From the NCBI GenBank assembly GCA_002269645.1, contig NIVC01000390.1, positions 573,781 to 637,780 on the forward strand: 64,000 nt of DNA. Reading direction: 5' to 3'. The stretch comes from Macrostomum lignano (Eukaryota). The notes beneath the pieces are model-generated. The model was not told where the DNA came from. It did not search any database and was given only the letters and a program-made list of their open reading frames with translations. Position numbers and translations under genes: made by a program. Positions 49,501-62,287 of the stretch are shown here, one piece after another; the stretch's first letter is position 1; each line of letters opens with the position of its first letter.

Positions 49501-51310
49501 AGACACAGCTAGAGAGACAGGAGACACAGCTAGAGAGACAGGAGACCCACAGTGAGAGAGACAGGAGACCCACAGCTAGAGAGACAGGAGACCCACAGTA
49601 AGTTAGACAGGAGACACGGCGAGAGAGACAGGAGACCCACAGCGAGAGAAACAGGAGACCCACAGTAAGAGAGACAGGAGACACGGCGAGAGAGACAGGA
49701 GACCCACAGCGAGAGAGACAGGAGACACGGCGAGAGAGACAGGAGACCCACAGCTAGAGAGACAGGAGACACACAGCTAGACAGGAGACCCACAGTGAGA
49801 GAGACAGGAGACACACAGCTAGACAGGAGACCCACAGTGAGAGAGACAGGAGACACGGCGAGAGAGACAGGAGACACAGCTAGAGAGACAGGAGACACAG
49901 CTAGAGAGACAGGAGACCCACAGCGAGAGAGACAGGAGACACGGCGAGAGAGACAGGAGACCCACAGCTAGAGAGACAGGAGACACACAGCTAGACAGGA
50001 GACCCACAGTGAGAGAGACAGGAGACACACAGCTAGACAGGAGACCCACAGTGAGAGAGACAGGAGACACGGCGAGAGAGACAGGAGACACAGCTAGAGA
50101 GACAGGAGACACAGCTAGAGAGACAGGAGACCCACAGTGAGAGAGACAGGAGACACACAGCTAGAGAGACAGGAGACACAGCGATAGAGACAGGAGACCC
50201 ACAGCTAGAGAGACAGGAGACACGGCGAGAGAGACAGGAGACCCACAGCGAGAGAAACAGGAGACACAGCTAGAGAGACAGGAGACACGGCGAGAGAGAC
50301 AGGAGACACAGCTAGAGAGACAGGAGACACACAGCTAGACAGGAGACCCACAGTGAGAGAGACAGGAGACACGGCGAGAGAGACAGGAGGCACAGCTAGA
50401 GAGACAGGAGACACAGCTAGAGAGACAGGAGACCCACAGTGAGAGAGACAGGAGACACGGCGAGAGAGACAGGAGACCCACAGCTAGAGAGACAGGAGAC
50501 ACACAGCTAGACAGGAGACCCACAGTGAGAGAGACAGGAGACACGGCGAGAGAGACAGGAGACCCACAGCTAGAGAGACAGGAGACACACAGCTAGACAG
50601 GAGACCCACAGTGAGAGAGACAGGAGACACGGCGAGAGAGACAGGAGACCCACAGCGAGAGAAACAGGAGACACGGCGAGAGAGACAGGAGACACGGCGA
50701 TAGAGACAGGAGACCCGCAGCGAGAGAAACAGGAGACACGGCGAGAGAGACAGGAGACACGGCGAGAGAGACAGGAGACCCACAGCTAGAGAGACAGGAG
50801 ACACACAGCTAGAGAGACAGGAGACACAGCTAGAGAGACAAGAGACACAGCGAGAGAGACAGGAGACACACAGCTAGAGAGACAGGAGACACAGCTAGAG
50901 AGACAGGAGACACAGCTAGAGAGACAGGAGACACAGCTAGAGAGACAGGAGACACAGCTAGAGAGACAGGAGACACAGCTAGAGAGACAGGAGACACACA
51001 CCTAGAGAGACAGGAGACACAGCTAGAGAGACAGGAGACACAGCTAGAGAGACAGGAGACACAGCTAGAGAGACAGGAGACAGAGCTGGAGAGACAGGAG
51101 ACACAGCCAGAGAGACAGGAGACACAGCCAGAGAGACAGGAAACACAGCGAGAGAGACAGGAGACACAGCTAGAGAGACAGGAGACACAGCTAGAGAGAC
51201 AGGAGACACACAGCTAGAGAGACAGGAGACACAGCTAGAGAGACAGGAGACACAGCTAGAGAGACAGGAGACACACAGCTAGAGAGACAGGAGACACAGT
51301 GAGAGAGACA
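43600..51310. repeat. 7.7-kb satellite of ~21-23-bp unit GAGAGACAGGAGACACAGCTA with higher-order 939+761 bp (1.7-kb) structure
   Basis: The marker variant GTGAAAGAG recurs at 43642, 44581, 45342, 46281 and 47042. Confidence 0.97.
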
Positions 51311-52199
51311 TGAAACACATGGTGTCTATGGCTCAAAACTCAAACACTTAATCTAATGCTGCTGCAGAATAGTTGTCAGCTGATCACCCCAGCTGACTTG
51401 TGGCAAATCAAGAAACGCGTCCTCAATTTTCATAAACATCTTACATTGATTGCTCCAATCTGCAATTTCTAAGTTCTGTAGGCCCAGCATTATCAACGGG
51501 ATGGGGGTGAAGTAACTAATGGGTCTTTGGGGAAAAATAAATGGTCTTCTTGGCTGTTAGCGCGTAAAGTCGGCAGCTCCCCTCTGACAGAGAGGGAGAG
51601 AGTGCATGGGGAGGAGAAAGGCGGGAGGTTTGTTTAAACGGCTACCCGCGAGACTGACTGCGGCCTCAGCAGTGCTAATGGAGCTCGCCTGCGGGGGCCG
51701 TACCCCCGCCCCGATGGGAGTGTTGACAGGGTCCTCCATCACTCCGCAGCATCCCTACCCCACCTGGTATTCAGGTACAGCGCAAAGCGGGTGGCAGCTG
51801 TTCAGTTGCATCATCCCGACATTGGGCAGAGAGACCGCCATCGGTTGGAAACTAAAAACAGTTTTCTGGGGAGGGTGGGGAGGGGGCATTCCAGGGTTAG
51901 GACAAGGCCGCGGGGATCCCGGAGACTCTGTCCTCTGCCCGTGACTGCCAGAGATTTTTATCCCTTGAACTTCGGTGAGGGGAGAAAAGAATTTTTCTGG
52001 TATTTTCCTGGCTTATAATTGGCAGCGACAGGCTGCAGGGGGGGCGTTGCCATGCGGTTGCACTTTATTGGATTTTCTTTAACCGCAGCTGCTTCAGGAT
52101 AATAGTTCCCAGTCTGCGTGCCGATTTGAATTGCCGCGCCTTTGTTATTCCGGCTGGCCCACTGTGGGGCTGGTCGGGGGTTCCGCTTCGAGTGTTGGA

Positions 52200-53445
52200 C
52201 ACTAGGGAGAGCGGCTGTGGACACTAGTGACAGCGGCTGTGGACACTAGCGGGAGAGCGGCTGTGGACACTAGGGGAGAGCGGCTGTGGACACTAGGGGG
52301 AGAGCGGCAGTGGACACTAGTGACAGCGGCTGTGGACACTAGGGGCAGAGCGGCTGTGGACACTAGGGGAGAGCGGCTGTGGACACTTGGGGGAGAGCGG
52401 CTGTGGATACTAGGGGAGAGCGGCTGTGGACACTTGGGGGAGAGCGGCTGTGGACACTAGTGACAGCGGCTGTGGACACTAGGGGGAGAGCGGCAGTGGA
52501 CACTAGAGGGAGAGCGGCTGTGGACACTAGGGGGAGAGCGGGTGTGGACATTAGTGAGAGCGGCTGTGGACACTAGGGGGAGAGCGGCAGTGGACACTAG
52601 TGACAGCGGCTGTGGACACTAGGGGGAGAGCGGCTGTGGACACTAGGGGGAGAGCGGCAGTGGACACTAGGGAGAGAGCGGGTGTGGACATTAGTGAGAG
52701 CAGCAGTGGACACTAGGGAGAGAGCGGTTGTGGACATTAGTGAGAGCGGCTGTGGACACTAGGGAGAGCGGCTTTGGACACTAGGGGGAGAGAGGCAGTG
52801 GACACTAGGGAGAGCGGCTGTGGACACTAGGGGGAGAGCGGCTGTGGACACTAGGGGAGAGCGGCTGTGGACACTAAGGGGAAAGCGGCTGTGGATACTA
52901 GGGGAGAGCGGCTGTGGACACTAGGGGGAGAGCGGCAGTGGACACTAGGGGGAGAGAGGCAGTGGACACTAGTGAGAGCGGCAGTGGACACTAGGGGGAG
53001 AGCGGCAGTGGACACTAGGGGGAGAGAGGCAGTGGACACTAGTGAGAGCGGCAGTGGACACTAGGGAGAGAGAGGCAGTGGACACTAGGGAGAGAGGCAG
53101 TGGACACTAGTGAGAGCGGCAGTGGACACTAGGGGGAGAGAGGCAGTGGACACTAGGGAGAGAGGCAGTGGACACTAGGGAGAGCGGCTGTGGACACTAG
53201 GGAGAGAGGCAGTGGACACTAGGGAGAGCGGCTGTGGACACTAGGGGGAGAGCGGGTGTGGACATTAGTGAGAGCGGCAGTGGACATTAGTGAGAGCGGC
53301 AGTGGACATTAGTGAGAGCGGCAGTGGACACTAGTGAGAGCGGAAGTGGACACTAGTGAGAGCGGCAGTGGACACTAGTGAGAGCGGCAGTGGACACTAG
53401 TGAGAGCGGCAGTGGACATTAGTGAGAGCGGCAGTGGACACTATA
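52200..53445. repeat. 22-24-bp minisatellite GTGGACACTAGGGGGAGAGCGGC(T/A)
   Basis: About 50 copies. Confidence 0.95.
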
Positions 53446-53543
53446 ATTTAGACACTGTCAAACAGTAGAACTTGAAAGCAAGTAAATATTTTTTCTGCTT
53501 TTTCATATTCTTGAAACTGTCATCCACTTCAATGCCACTCCAG

Positions 53544-54650
53544 TCGAGCCTGACCACTTCATCAACTGCGAAGCCAGCAGCGCCAACTTCTCAACATTTT
53601 CTGCGCTCTACAACGACCTCGCCAGCTCCAGCGACCAGGCCGGCCACTGCTCCACCTCCTCCACCGCCGCCGCCGCAGCCGCCCAGGCCGGCGCAGTACC
53701 CGCGGCACCCGACCTTCTCCTCGAACCGGCTTGGCGGCATCGGGGGCGGAGGAAGCAACGGCGGTGGCGGCGGCGGCATCGCAGACGGCGGCGGCTTCAA
53801 GGTGGACCGCCCGCTGGCTGGGGTGCTGGTGATCGGCGGCATTCTGCTGTTCGTGAGCATGAGCCTCACCGCCGCCGTGATTGTCTTCTGCAAGAAGAAG
53901 AACACGGTGTTCGTTATGCAGAAATGCGAAGACGGTCAGGACGGCGACGACTCGGATCTGGAGCTGGACGACGTGCTCACCGACGCGGACTTGTCGGCGG
54001 ATTGGCGGAGCGGCGACGTGGGCGGCGGCCGGTACACCCCGCTGGCTCTGAGCAGCCTGCCGACGCTGCTCATCAGTTTTGAAACCGACAGCGGCAGGCG
54101 GCTTGTCAGCTTCGCGCCGGGGGCTTCGGCGACAGTTGACGACGACGATCTTGCCAACGCGGCAGGCGGCAGCGGCGCGGACGGCGACGCCGGCATCTTT
54201 GGAAATCGGTTTGCGCGGGATTTTCCGCCGAGTGATGAGGAGGAATATCGGGAACAGGCGGCGGGCGGCGGCGGCGGCGGCGGTTGTCGGCGAGTCCGGA
54301 GGCTACCACGCTTCGGGGACGGCGGCGGAGGCGGCGGCAGCAGCAGCAGCGGCAATGACTTGTGCTTGGAGCTGCGTCGGCCAGCTGCAGCCCGTCTCGA
54401 AGGCGATGATGACGAGACGGGGAAGCTGATGACCGGCAGAGATGCCGATGAGGCCGCCGCAACGCCTGCGGAAACTCCTGGCGAGCAGTCGGCGACGGCA
54501 ATAGCAGAAACTCTCGGCAACGGTGACGCGGTTGAGGCGAATTCGAACGGCGACGAAGTGGAAGAGGATGAAGAGGAAGATGATGATGATGAACAAGGCT
54601 TGGAGGCTGAGGAGGCGAAGCCGTTGCGACAGCTGGTGACTCAGGTGTAA
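53544..54650 (+). CDS. Single-pass membrane protein of unknown family (large terminal exon): Ser/Thr/Pro-rich stalk, TM helix, acidic tail, C-terminal PDZ ligand
   Basis: Acceptor CACTCCAG at 53543 (alternatively ATG at 53532). TM LAGVLVIGGILLFVSMSLTAAVIVFC, stop-transfer KKKN, then TVFVMQKCE, an acidic D/E-rich tail and the ending VTQV*. GC-rich codon-like composition. Confidence 0.7.
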   Translation, partial: SSLTTSSTAKPAAPTSQHFLRSTTTSPAPATRPATAPPPPPPPPQPPRPAQYPRHPTFSSNRLGGIGGGGSNGGGGGGIADGGGFKVDRPLAGVLVIGGILLFVSMSLTAAVIVFCKKKNTVFVMQKCEDGQDGDDSDLELDDVLTDADLSADWRSGDVGGGRYTPLALSSLPTLLISFETDSGRRLVSFAPGASATVDDDDLANAAGGSGADGDAGIFGNRFARDFPPSDEEEYREQAAGGGGGGGCRRVRRLPRFGDGGGGGGSSSSGNDLCLELRRPAAARLEGDDDETGKLMTGRDADEAAATPAETPGEQSATAIAETLGNGDAVEANSNGDEVEEDEEEDDDDEQGLEAEEAKPLRQLVTQV

Positions 54651-55443
54651 AAACCAGTGTCTACAAAATGAGGAATTGTTGAATATCTCGACTGTCTACT
54701 ACTTCCGATCCTAGGACTGCCTAGAGGGAAACAGACGACACAGATAGAGAAGGCATTTAGTATTAGAAATCTGAGCTCTCTGTGCACAGAGATTCCAGGC
54801 AAAGCTCCGCGTGCTGCTTCAGAATCTGCGATTATTAAATTGAATTTGGTTAGATGAGGTTACAGGTCTGTGCATGCCATAGGTTGTTAACTGTTAATAA
54901 GTCCCACTAAACTGAGCATTGCTGCATTCTGTAAAGCATCAATTATAAAAATAATAAACTACAAAAATAACGAAGACAAATAAGCCTTAGCAATTGTTGC
55001 GCTGTGTAAAACAATTAAAATTCATATGTATATGTATAAGAAAGTGCGTTATGATTGTGTTTATTGGGCTAATATATAGATTTAATACCAGTGTAGCAAA
55101 TTTTTATTATAAAATGCATCAGATAAAAATGGGTATAGTTACAAAATAAAAGTTCTGACGGCAGTTATTACCTGTACTTTAATTAAACACGCGAAAGCTA
55201 ATATCGACATCTATTAATTACATCAGGTAATTCCATTCCAATTGGATTTCTAATCGCGCTTAAAATAATTTAGTAATATACATAATAAAAGCAATGTAAG
55301 ACACACGAATTAAGATAAAAATGATATATAAATAATAGCCATATAAAAGCGCTGTACACTACTCAGAGAGCGGAGCGGGCAGTAGCATAATTGGCGCATG
55401 AAATACTCTATTTTTAGAAAAAAGCACGAGTAAAAACGTTGAT

Positions 55444-57903
55444 TCAGCGGCCGGCGGTCTCGGGCGACAGGCAGCGCATAGGAAAGTCGAACAGGCGGCC
55501 AAACACCGGCGAGGAGATCAGCGGCGAGGCTGCTGTCGCCATCGAGGATGGCGAAGGCGACGAGCAGGCAGTAGTGCCGGCGCCAGTGGGCGCAGTCGGC
55601 AGTCCGCCGTTGGTCCGGTTGAACCGGCGAATAAGGCGACGCCGCTTAGCAGAGTCGGGCATTGCCTGGACAGTGGCGTACAGGGCGGCCACCTGCGACC
55701 GGGTGAAGTCCTCGGCGACGGCTAATTCGACAGCAGCGTCAGCGTCGGATGTCGAAGACGCGGAAGAAGCGGCGGCGGCAGCAAACTCCGCAGACTCGGC
55801 GAAGCGCACGGACAGGCTGGGCATCGGCGGGGCGGCGGCCTCGTCGGCGAGGTCGGCCAGGCGGCACTGTCGAAGGCGGCGAAATATGCCGTCGGCGTCC
55901 TGGGCGACGCTGTCGGGCACCTGCGCGGAGAGGAATTTTCGTGATCTCAGTTTGGACTACTGATAGTAGCATTAGTGAAATAGATAATAAAAGCAGCTCT
56001 TTGACTGCTTTCCCTGGCGCTTCAGTGGCGCCACTAACCCTATTATTTGGCGCCAATAATGAAATCATTTGGTGCCACTAATCAAATCATTTGGCGCCAC
56101 TAATCAAATCATTTGGTGCCACTAATCAAATCATTTGGCGTCACTAACCTATCATTTGGCGCCACTAACCCATACGATGCTTCAATGGTCTCAGTTATCC
56201 CCCCTCCATCAGCTGCCATCCAATCCCACCTCCCCTCACCTGCACGACGGCATCAGAGTGCCGAATTGCGAAGGCCAGCGTAGAGTTGAGCTTGGCCGCC
56301 AGGTCCCTGGCACCGGGCTCTAGGGCTCTAGGGCTCTAGGGCTCTAGGGCTCTAGAGCAGTGCGGGGCCGAACACGGTGCCCAGGCTGTCCGGCGTCATC
56401 CGGGTGGCCGAGTCGGTGGCGTCGGCGACCCGCGCCAGCAGGGCCAGCAGGCGGCCGAGCAGATCGCGCCGGTCTTGCGGCAGCAGCTGCACCAGCAGCC
56501 GGAGCGCCTTCAGCCGGCGGGCGGTCAGCACCGCGGACAGGCCGTCGTCTGCGACAGCATTGACACAGTCGGCCGGCTGGGGCGCGCCGATTTGTGCGAC
56601 CTGATTGGTTTTTTATAGTTTGGATACATATCGGTGGATTGCAAATACGAGCAGTTATTTAGCTGGGATATCTGGCTCCGAAATGGGGAGTTTATCAGCT
56701 GGGATCTCGCTCCGAAATAGGGAGTTTATCAGCTGGGATATTTAGCTCAGCAATGTAACTCAGTAAATATCCCAGGAATTTATGAGCTGGGATATTTACC
56801 TCAGAAATGAGGAGTTTATCAGCTGGGATATCTACCTCAGAAATGGGGAGTTTATCAGCTGGGATATTTAGCTCAAAAATGGGGAGTTTATCAGCTGGGG
56901 TATTTAGCTCAGAAATGGGGAGTTTATTAGCTGGAAATCCACAGTTAAGAGAACGGCTATTCGCCACTCACCTGCTGAAAGTAGGGCAGCAGGCGGCGGG
57001 TGAGCAGCGGCTCGGGCAGTCTGGCCAGACTGGCCTTCAACGCGCCGGCCAGATCGTGCGTCGTCCAGGCCTCGGACTCGGCGACGTCCTTGGAGCCGTC
57101 GGCGTTGTCGCTACTGACGGCATCAAGGAGCCGGCGCTGGCGGGCTGCGGAGCCGCACTTGCGAAAGATGCCTTCGACTTGGTCGAGATTCGGCCGGCTG
57201 GCTAAGCGAGTCAGCAGGCGGTCCACCACGGCGAGGTCGCCGACGGCTGCGGCAGTGGCAGCGGCTGTGGGATGGGCGTTGTCGATTATCGTATTTGTAC
57301 ATAGTTTTTGAGAATTGATTTGCGATGATACGTACATTTAATGCTTGCTGAAGATTCAAAGGGTTGTCAATATCAATATCAAGGTAAATACATAGTGATT
57401 CCAGCAAAAATGAATAAGGACTCACCAGCCTCGGGCCTTCCATTCTGGACTCGCTTCAGTTTCATACTATCTCTGGCCCGTTGCCAAATCCACTGACTCG
57501 TCGGTCTATCAGTGGCAGAGTCATCGTCTTGGTCGTCATCGTCCAAGAAGTCAGCCGGCACGTCAATAACAAATGACAGATGAACTTTGCATAGTTCGAC
57601 AAATTGTCTAGGCAGTAGGCTACGGAGCAGATCGAAACTTCTCAGCGATGTCGGAGACGTGGCTGGGCGAGTCATGACCGCCGCTAGCTGTTTTAGCCGC
57701 TGGGTCTGCTGCGCAAGCGGAGGCTGTTGCATCTCGTCTGGCCGAGGGGCCTGCACTACGGCAGAGCTTTGGAGCTCGCAATGGGCTTTGCCGCCGCCGC
57801 CGCCGCCGCTGCTACGACTTCTACGGCGACGGGCTGACGAGTAATTCGTCAATGGCGTCGGTCGTACGGGACGGGCGGGAGTCGCGAGGCGAACCAGTGG
57901 CAT
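55444..57903 (-). CDS. ARHGAP19: Rho GTPase-activating protein 19-like; exons 57903-57426, 57264-56972, 56600-56240, 55920-55444; exon 3 interrupted by an in-frame stop/8-bp repeat
   Basis: RhoGAP arginine finger EGIFRKCGS, HDLAGALKASLARLPEPLL, RMTPDSLGTVFGPALL, LNSTLAFAIRH. ARHGAP19-type N-terminal FVELCKVHLSFVIDVP and C-terminal ALYATVQAMPDSAKRRRLIRRFN motifs. GT-AG introns with consistent phases. Confidence 0.82.
56030..56170. repeat. 22-bp minisatellite ATTTGGCGCCACTAATCAAATC (RhoGAP intron 3)
   Basis: About 5-6 copies. Confidence 0.8.
56670..56935. repeat. 36-bp minisatellite GGGAGTTTATCAGCTGGGATATTTAGCTCAGAAATG (RhoGAP intron 2)
   Basis: About 7 copies. Confidence 0.85.
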
Positions 57904-58849
57904 GGCTTGGGCTGTTTATTTTAGTGCCTTAGTCTAATTCAGTTAAGGCTTGGAGTTGGACACGGATTTATTTAGATGTCTGTTTGCACTTTTAGAGAAG
58001 GCCCAGAACAGTCTAGTCTGTGGCTCTGTACTCTTTGTACATTGAAATAAAACAGCGGGGGTTAATATAGACGACCAGATTTTATTGGGGTGGGGTGTAA
58101 GAAGTCAATCGGGCCAGCCAATAGGAACTCGCGCAACCCCACCCCACAGATCACGCCCACAATCCAAGCCTGCGAGAGATAAGATAATGACAGTGACGGT
58201 GAGGTGGGTATTGGGGCGAAGCAATTGAGTCTTTATCACCTCTAACTGAAATTTCCCTATCGCGTTGAGCACTCACGTAGGCGAACCCCCACCCGAGGCG
58301 ACTCAATCAAGAGGGTTGAAAGATGAGCTAAAAAGAAGCAATTCTTTATTCGAATGAACATATTGGTAAGCAACAATAGAACATTAATAGGGAGGATTGA
58401 TCGCACCTACTTTTGTCAGTTTTAATTGTGACAATGACAACAATAGCGAATGCCTACAGGGGTTGGGTATGCGCTAAAAACTGCTGGTTGCTAGGGTTCT
58501 AAATAGTTTTCATGTTTACATTTTTCAAAAAATCCAAAAGGAAGGAAATGCTTGCCATCCTGGGAAACAATTTTCAGCTGTTTATCTTCTATTCGTTAAT
58601 AAAATACTCATGCCCGAGGCGCTTGACGACGAGACAATTTTTTTGCGTCTTGCGGACACCTGCATGTCTTTCGACTCTTTCGTAAATTAAATTAAAGCAT
58701 GTTTCAATAAATTTAATTTATTAAAGCTAATTAAATAAATTCACTAATTCACCTTGGCAATTCTGATGTCCAAACACACTTTTGTGCGAGCTTACATCTC
58801 ACGGTCTCACCCTTCTGGTCTCGCTGTCTCAAGCATTTCTCTCTTAATC

Positions 58850-60010
58850 TTACTCATTAATCTGTCAATCTCACTCATTTCCCTCTCAATCTCTTTTATT
58901 TTTCCCTCAATCTCACTCATCTCCCTCTCAATCTCACTCATTTCTCTCTCAATTTCACTCGTCTCTGTCAATCTCATTCATCTCTCAGTCAATCTCACTC
59001 ATCTCTCTCAATCTCTCTTTTTTTCTCTCAATCTAACTCGTCTCTCAGTCAATCTCACTCATCTCTCTCAATCTCACCTATTTCCCTCTCAATCGCATTC
59101 ATTTCTCTCCCAATCTCTCTCATTTTTCTCTCAATCTCACTCGTCGTCTCTCTCTCAATCTCACTCATTTCTCAGTCAATCTCACTCATTTCTCAGTCAA
59201 TCTCACTCATCTCTCTCTCAATCTCACTCATCTCTCTCTCAATCTCACTCATCTCTCTCAATCTCACCAATTTATCTCTCAATCTCACTCATCTCTCTCT
59301 CAATCTCACTCATCTCTCTCTCTCAATCTCTCTTATTTTTCTCTCAATCTCACTCATTTCTCTCTCAATCTCACTCGTCTCTCTCTCTCAATCTCACTCA
59401 TCTCTCTCTCAATCTCACTCATCTCTCTCAATCTCACTCGTCGTCTCTCTCTCAATCTCACTCATCTCTCTCTCAATCTCACTCATCTCTCTCAATCTCA
59501 CTCGTCGTCTCTCTCTCAATCTCACTCATCTCTCTCTCAATCTCACTCATCTCTCTCAATCTCACCAATTTATCTCTCAATCTCACTCATCTCTCTCTCT
59601 CTCAATCTCTCTTATTTTTCTCTCAATCTCACTCATTTCTCTCTCAATCTCACTCGTCTCTCTCTCTCAATCTCACTCATCTCTCTCTCAATCTCACTCA
59701 TCTCTCTCAATCTCACTCGTCGTCTCTCTCTCAATCTCACTCATCTCTCTCTCAATCTCACTCATCTCTCTCAATCTCACTCGTCGTCTCTCTCTCAATC
59801 TCACTCATCTCTCTCTCAATCTCACTCATCTCTCTCAATCTCACCAATTTATCTCTCAATCTCACTCATCTCTCTCTCTCAATCTCTCTTATTTTTCTCT
59901 CAATCTCACTCGTCTCTCTCTCTCAATCTCTCTTATTTTTCTCTCTCTCTCACTCGTCTCTCTCTCTCACTCGTCTCTCTCTCAATCTCATTCATTTGTC
60001 TCTCAATCTC
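58850..60010. repeat. C/T-rich minisatellite TCTCTCTCAATCTCACTCA
   Basis: Tandem copies. It explains ORF 58754..60031. Confidence 0.92.
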
Positions 60011-62287
60011 TCTTTTTTCTCTGCATTATAATTCTTCGCAAATCATGCAGCAAATAAACTTCGATTTAACAACAGTGCTCAGCGAAAGCAATGAGTAGGC
60101 CAGAATTTACATTTTTGAGTCGATTATGCACGATGACATCACAAATTTTATAATTAACAATATCCAACGATTAAATAAGGATAAAACCATTGCAAACTGA
60201 ATGCCCATTGTTTATATTTCGGCTATAAATGGATTAGAATTAGAAAGGCACTATTCGAGAAGTGAAACCTCGTTATCAGCGAATAATCCTCACTTATTAG
60301 GGAGCACAATTAGCCATCATATGCATAAATGATATAACCAACAATGGACAATAATCAACAATAGTTTCGTGAACAATAACATTATCAAAAATTAAAGTTC
60401 TCAATATATCACGATAATACTAAATTTGAGTCCTCTTAGATCTGTGTTTGGTAGGTGTTGCGTCATGCATTGGGATCACGAGTTCCTTGCGCGAACCGAC
60501 AAGCTCTGCACACCTTGGGTAGACAATATATATTTTCACAGCTTTGAACTGTAATGGAACTTTTCTCCATTCACTTAACTGATTCGGGGCCAACCCGACA
60601 CCTCCCGCTGACTTTTTTGACTTGTCGAGCTGTCAGTTTAAAAAAATACGTGTCAATTTAACACCTGGCTGTATGCGGTGTGCGCACCGGGTTTGGAGGA
60701 AACAATTGCGTCATTCACTAATCTGCAGCTTGGCAAGGCTAACAGCCCTGTAGACACGTTTGCTGTTGTTGTGTGCTTTAGTAAGACTGATTTTGCAAGA
60801 TCCAACAGCTTTTTCAAACTGTTGCACCAGACCTGCCAGCCAGCTAAATATCTATAGACAGTCGACAGACATTCACTGTAAGTTAGATGTGCGTGTGCGT
60901 GGGCGCAGCTGTTGTAAGGTGCTACATGCATTAATATAAACAGTCTGAGTTTTCTTCACTAACTGACAATCTACCGTTTGTCCGATTGGGATTAAATAAC
61001 TATGGTAGAAATGGGAGAAAAACTAGCTCATTTAGAGTCCATATTTTACAGTAAACCTAGTCCCCAGTCTAGAGGTCAGACTTAATACTCGTAATAGCAA
61101 GGGTAAGTAAACTTAATGCAGTAAGCAGAAAGTGTAAACACGAGTGTCGAGTTGACAATCTTGCAAAGCATTTGTGGTAGTGCTCTCCCCCCCCCGCGGC
61201 CACTCAAATTTAGTTCAAGACATGCCAAATTTGTTCTCAGCACGAATATAATACTCGGGGCATGTCTAGATGTCGTAATGGAAATTTTTTCGAAAGATGC
61301 TGCAGGACGGACAATAGGCTGAAATTCGAATTCGGGTTCTACAAATTTTTGCAACAATATTCAGTTTATTATGCTATTCAAGATTCAGAACTGAGACTTG
61401 AGGCCAGGCCAGATGAAAGATTCTGTGCTAAGGGAAATTCCAGTGACGACTGCCGACCTTGAGGGTACAGTCTCATCGAAATGTACACTTCGATGTGGGT
61501 GTGAGTGTGGGTAAGAAAGAACTGACTAACTGAAGGGTGGCTTAATAGCAGAGAGAAAAGGATTCTGTGCGCATCAAACACAACTCTCCCCCCCCCCACT
61601 GGAACCCTCAACTGGATGGGGGTTGGGGGGTTGGGGGTCCGAGCGTGCTGAAAATGCTGGGCGCGCGCCTAATGTACATTCAAATTATTTGTACTCTGAC
61701 CCTAGACCAAAGCCTCAATTTAGTTTGTACACTCGGCTAGAGAGAGACTGGGCCGGCCGGTCCGGTGCTTGGCGGAATGTACATTAATTTTTTTATACAA
61801 CTCAGCTCCCCCTTTCTCCCCGCAGCATCACGCCCTCTGCAGCCTTGCCCCTGGAAGTGTGGGGGAGAGGGAGGGGGGTAAGGAGAAATAGCTAAGAGAG
61901 GTTGGGCATCAGCGGCATGGGGCTGCGCTGGTGATTTTCCACTGCAAGGCCAAACCGGAAGACGTACGAGAGAGAGAGAACTTAGGAGCTGCAGACCGAG
62001 CCGAAAAGCATATACAAAGGAAACACAGGCACAGCCAAACCCTTCTGGATCTGATTCTCACTCCTGACGCGTTCACACACGATTTTGCCTTCGCTTCGTT
62101 TTGCTCCTTGTCCTTACTAACCAAGGAAGGACCGTTTAAACCGTAAGCAGGCAAAAGCCAGCAACTTGTGGCAAGTAAACCCAATATATTTCAGCAGCAG
62201 CACGCCAGCAGGCAGCAGTGCAATAGTAAAGCCTAAAAGAAATACCGATCTGCTCTACACTGGCTACAGATACTAAGCTGAATCAGA

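Noticed and set aside
44085-51209. Many short repeated ORFs (RETGDTA, SPVSLAV)
   Set aside because: They are translations of the 21-23-bp satellite and were used only to detect the higher-order period.
53591-54596. Minus-strand ORFs overlapping the membrane-protein exon
   Set aside because: They are GC-rich antisense shadows with no recognisable motifs.
58040-58700. Possible DNA transposon near the ARHGAP19 start (CAGGGGTTGGG-like end)
   Set aside because: No matching inverted terminus or TSD was found in the window.
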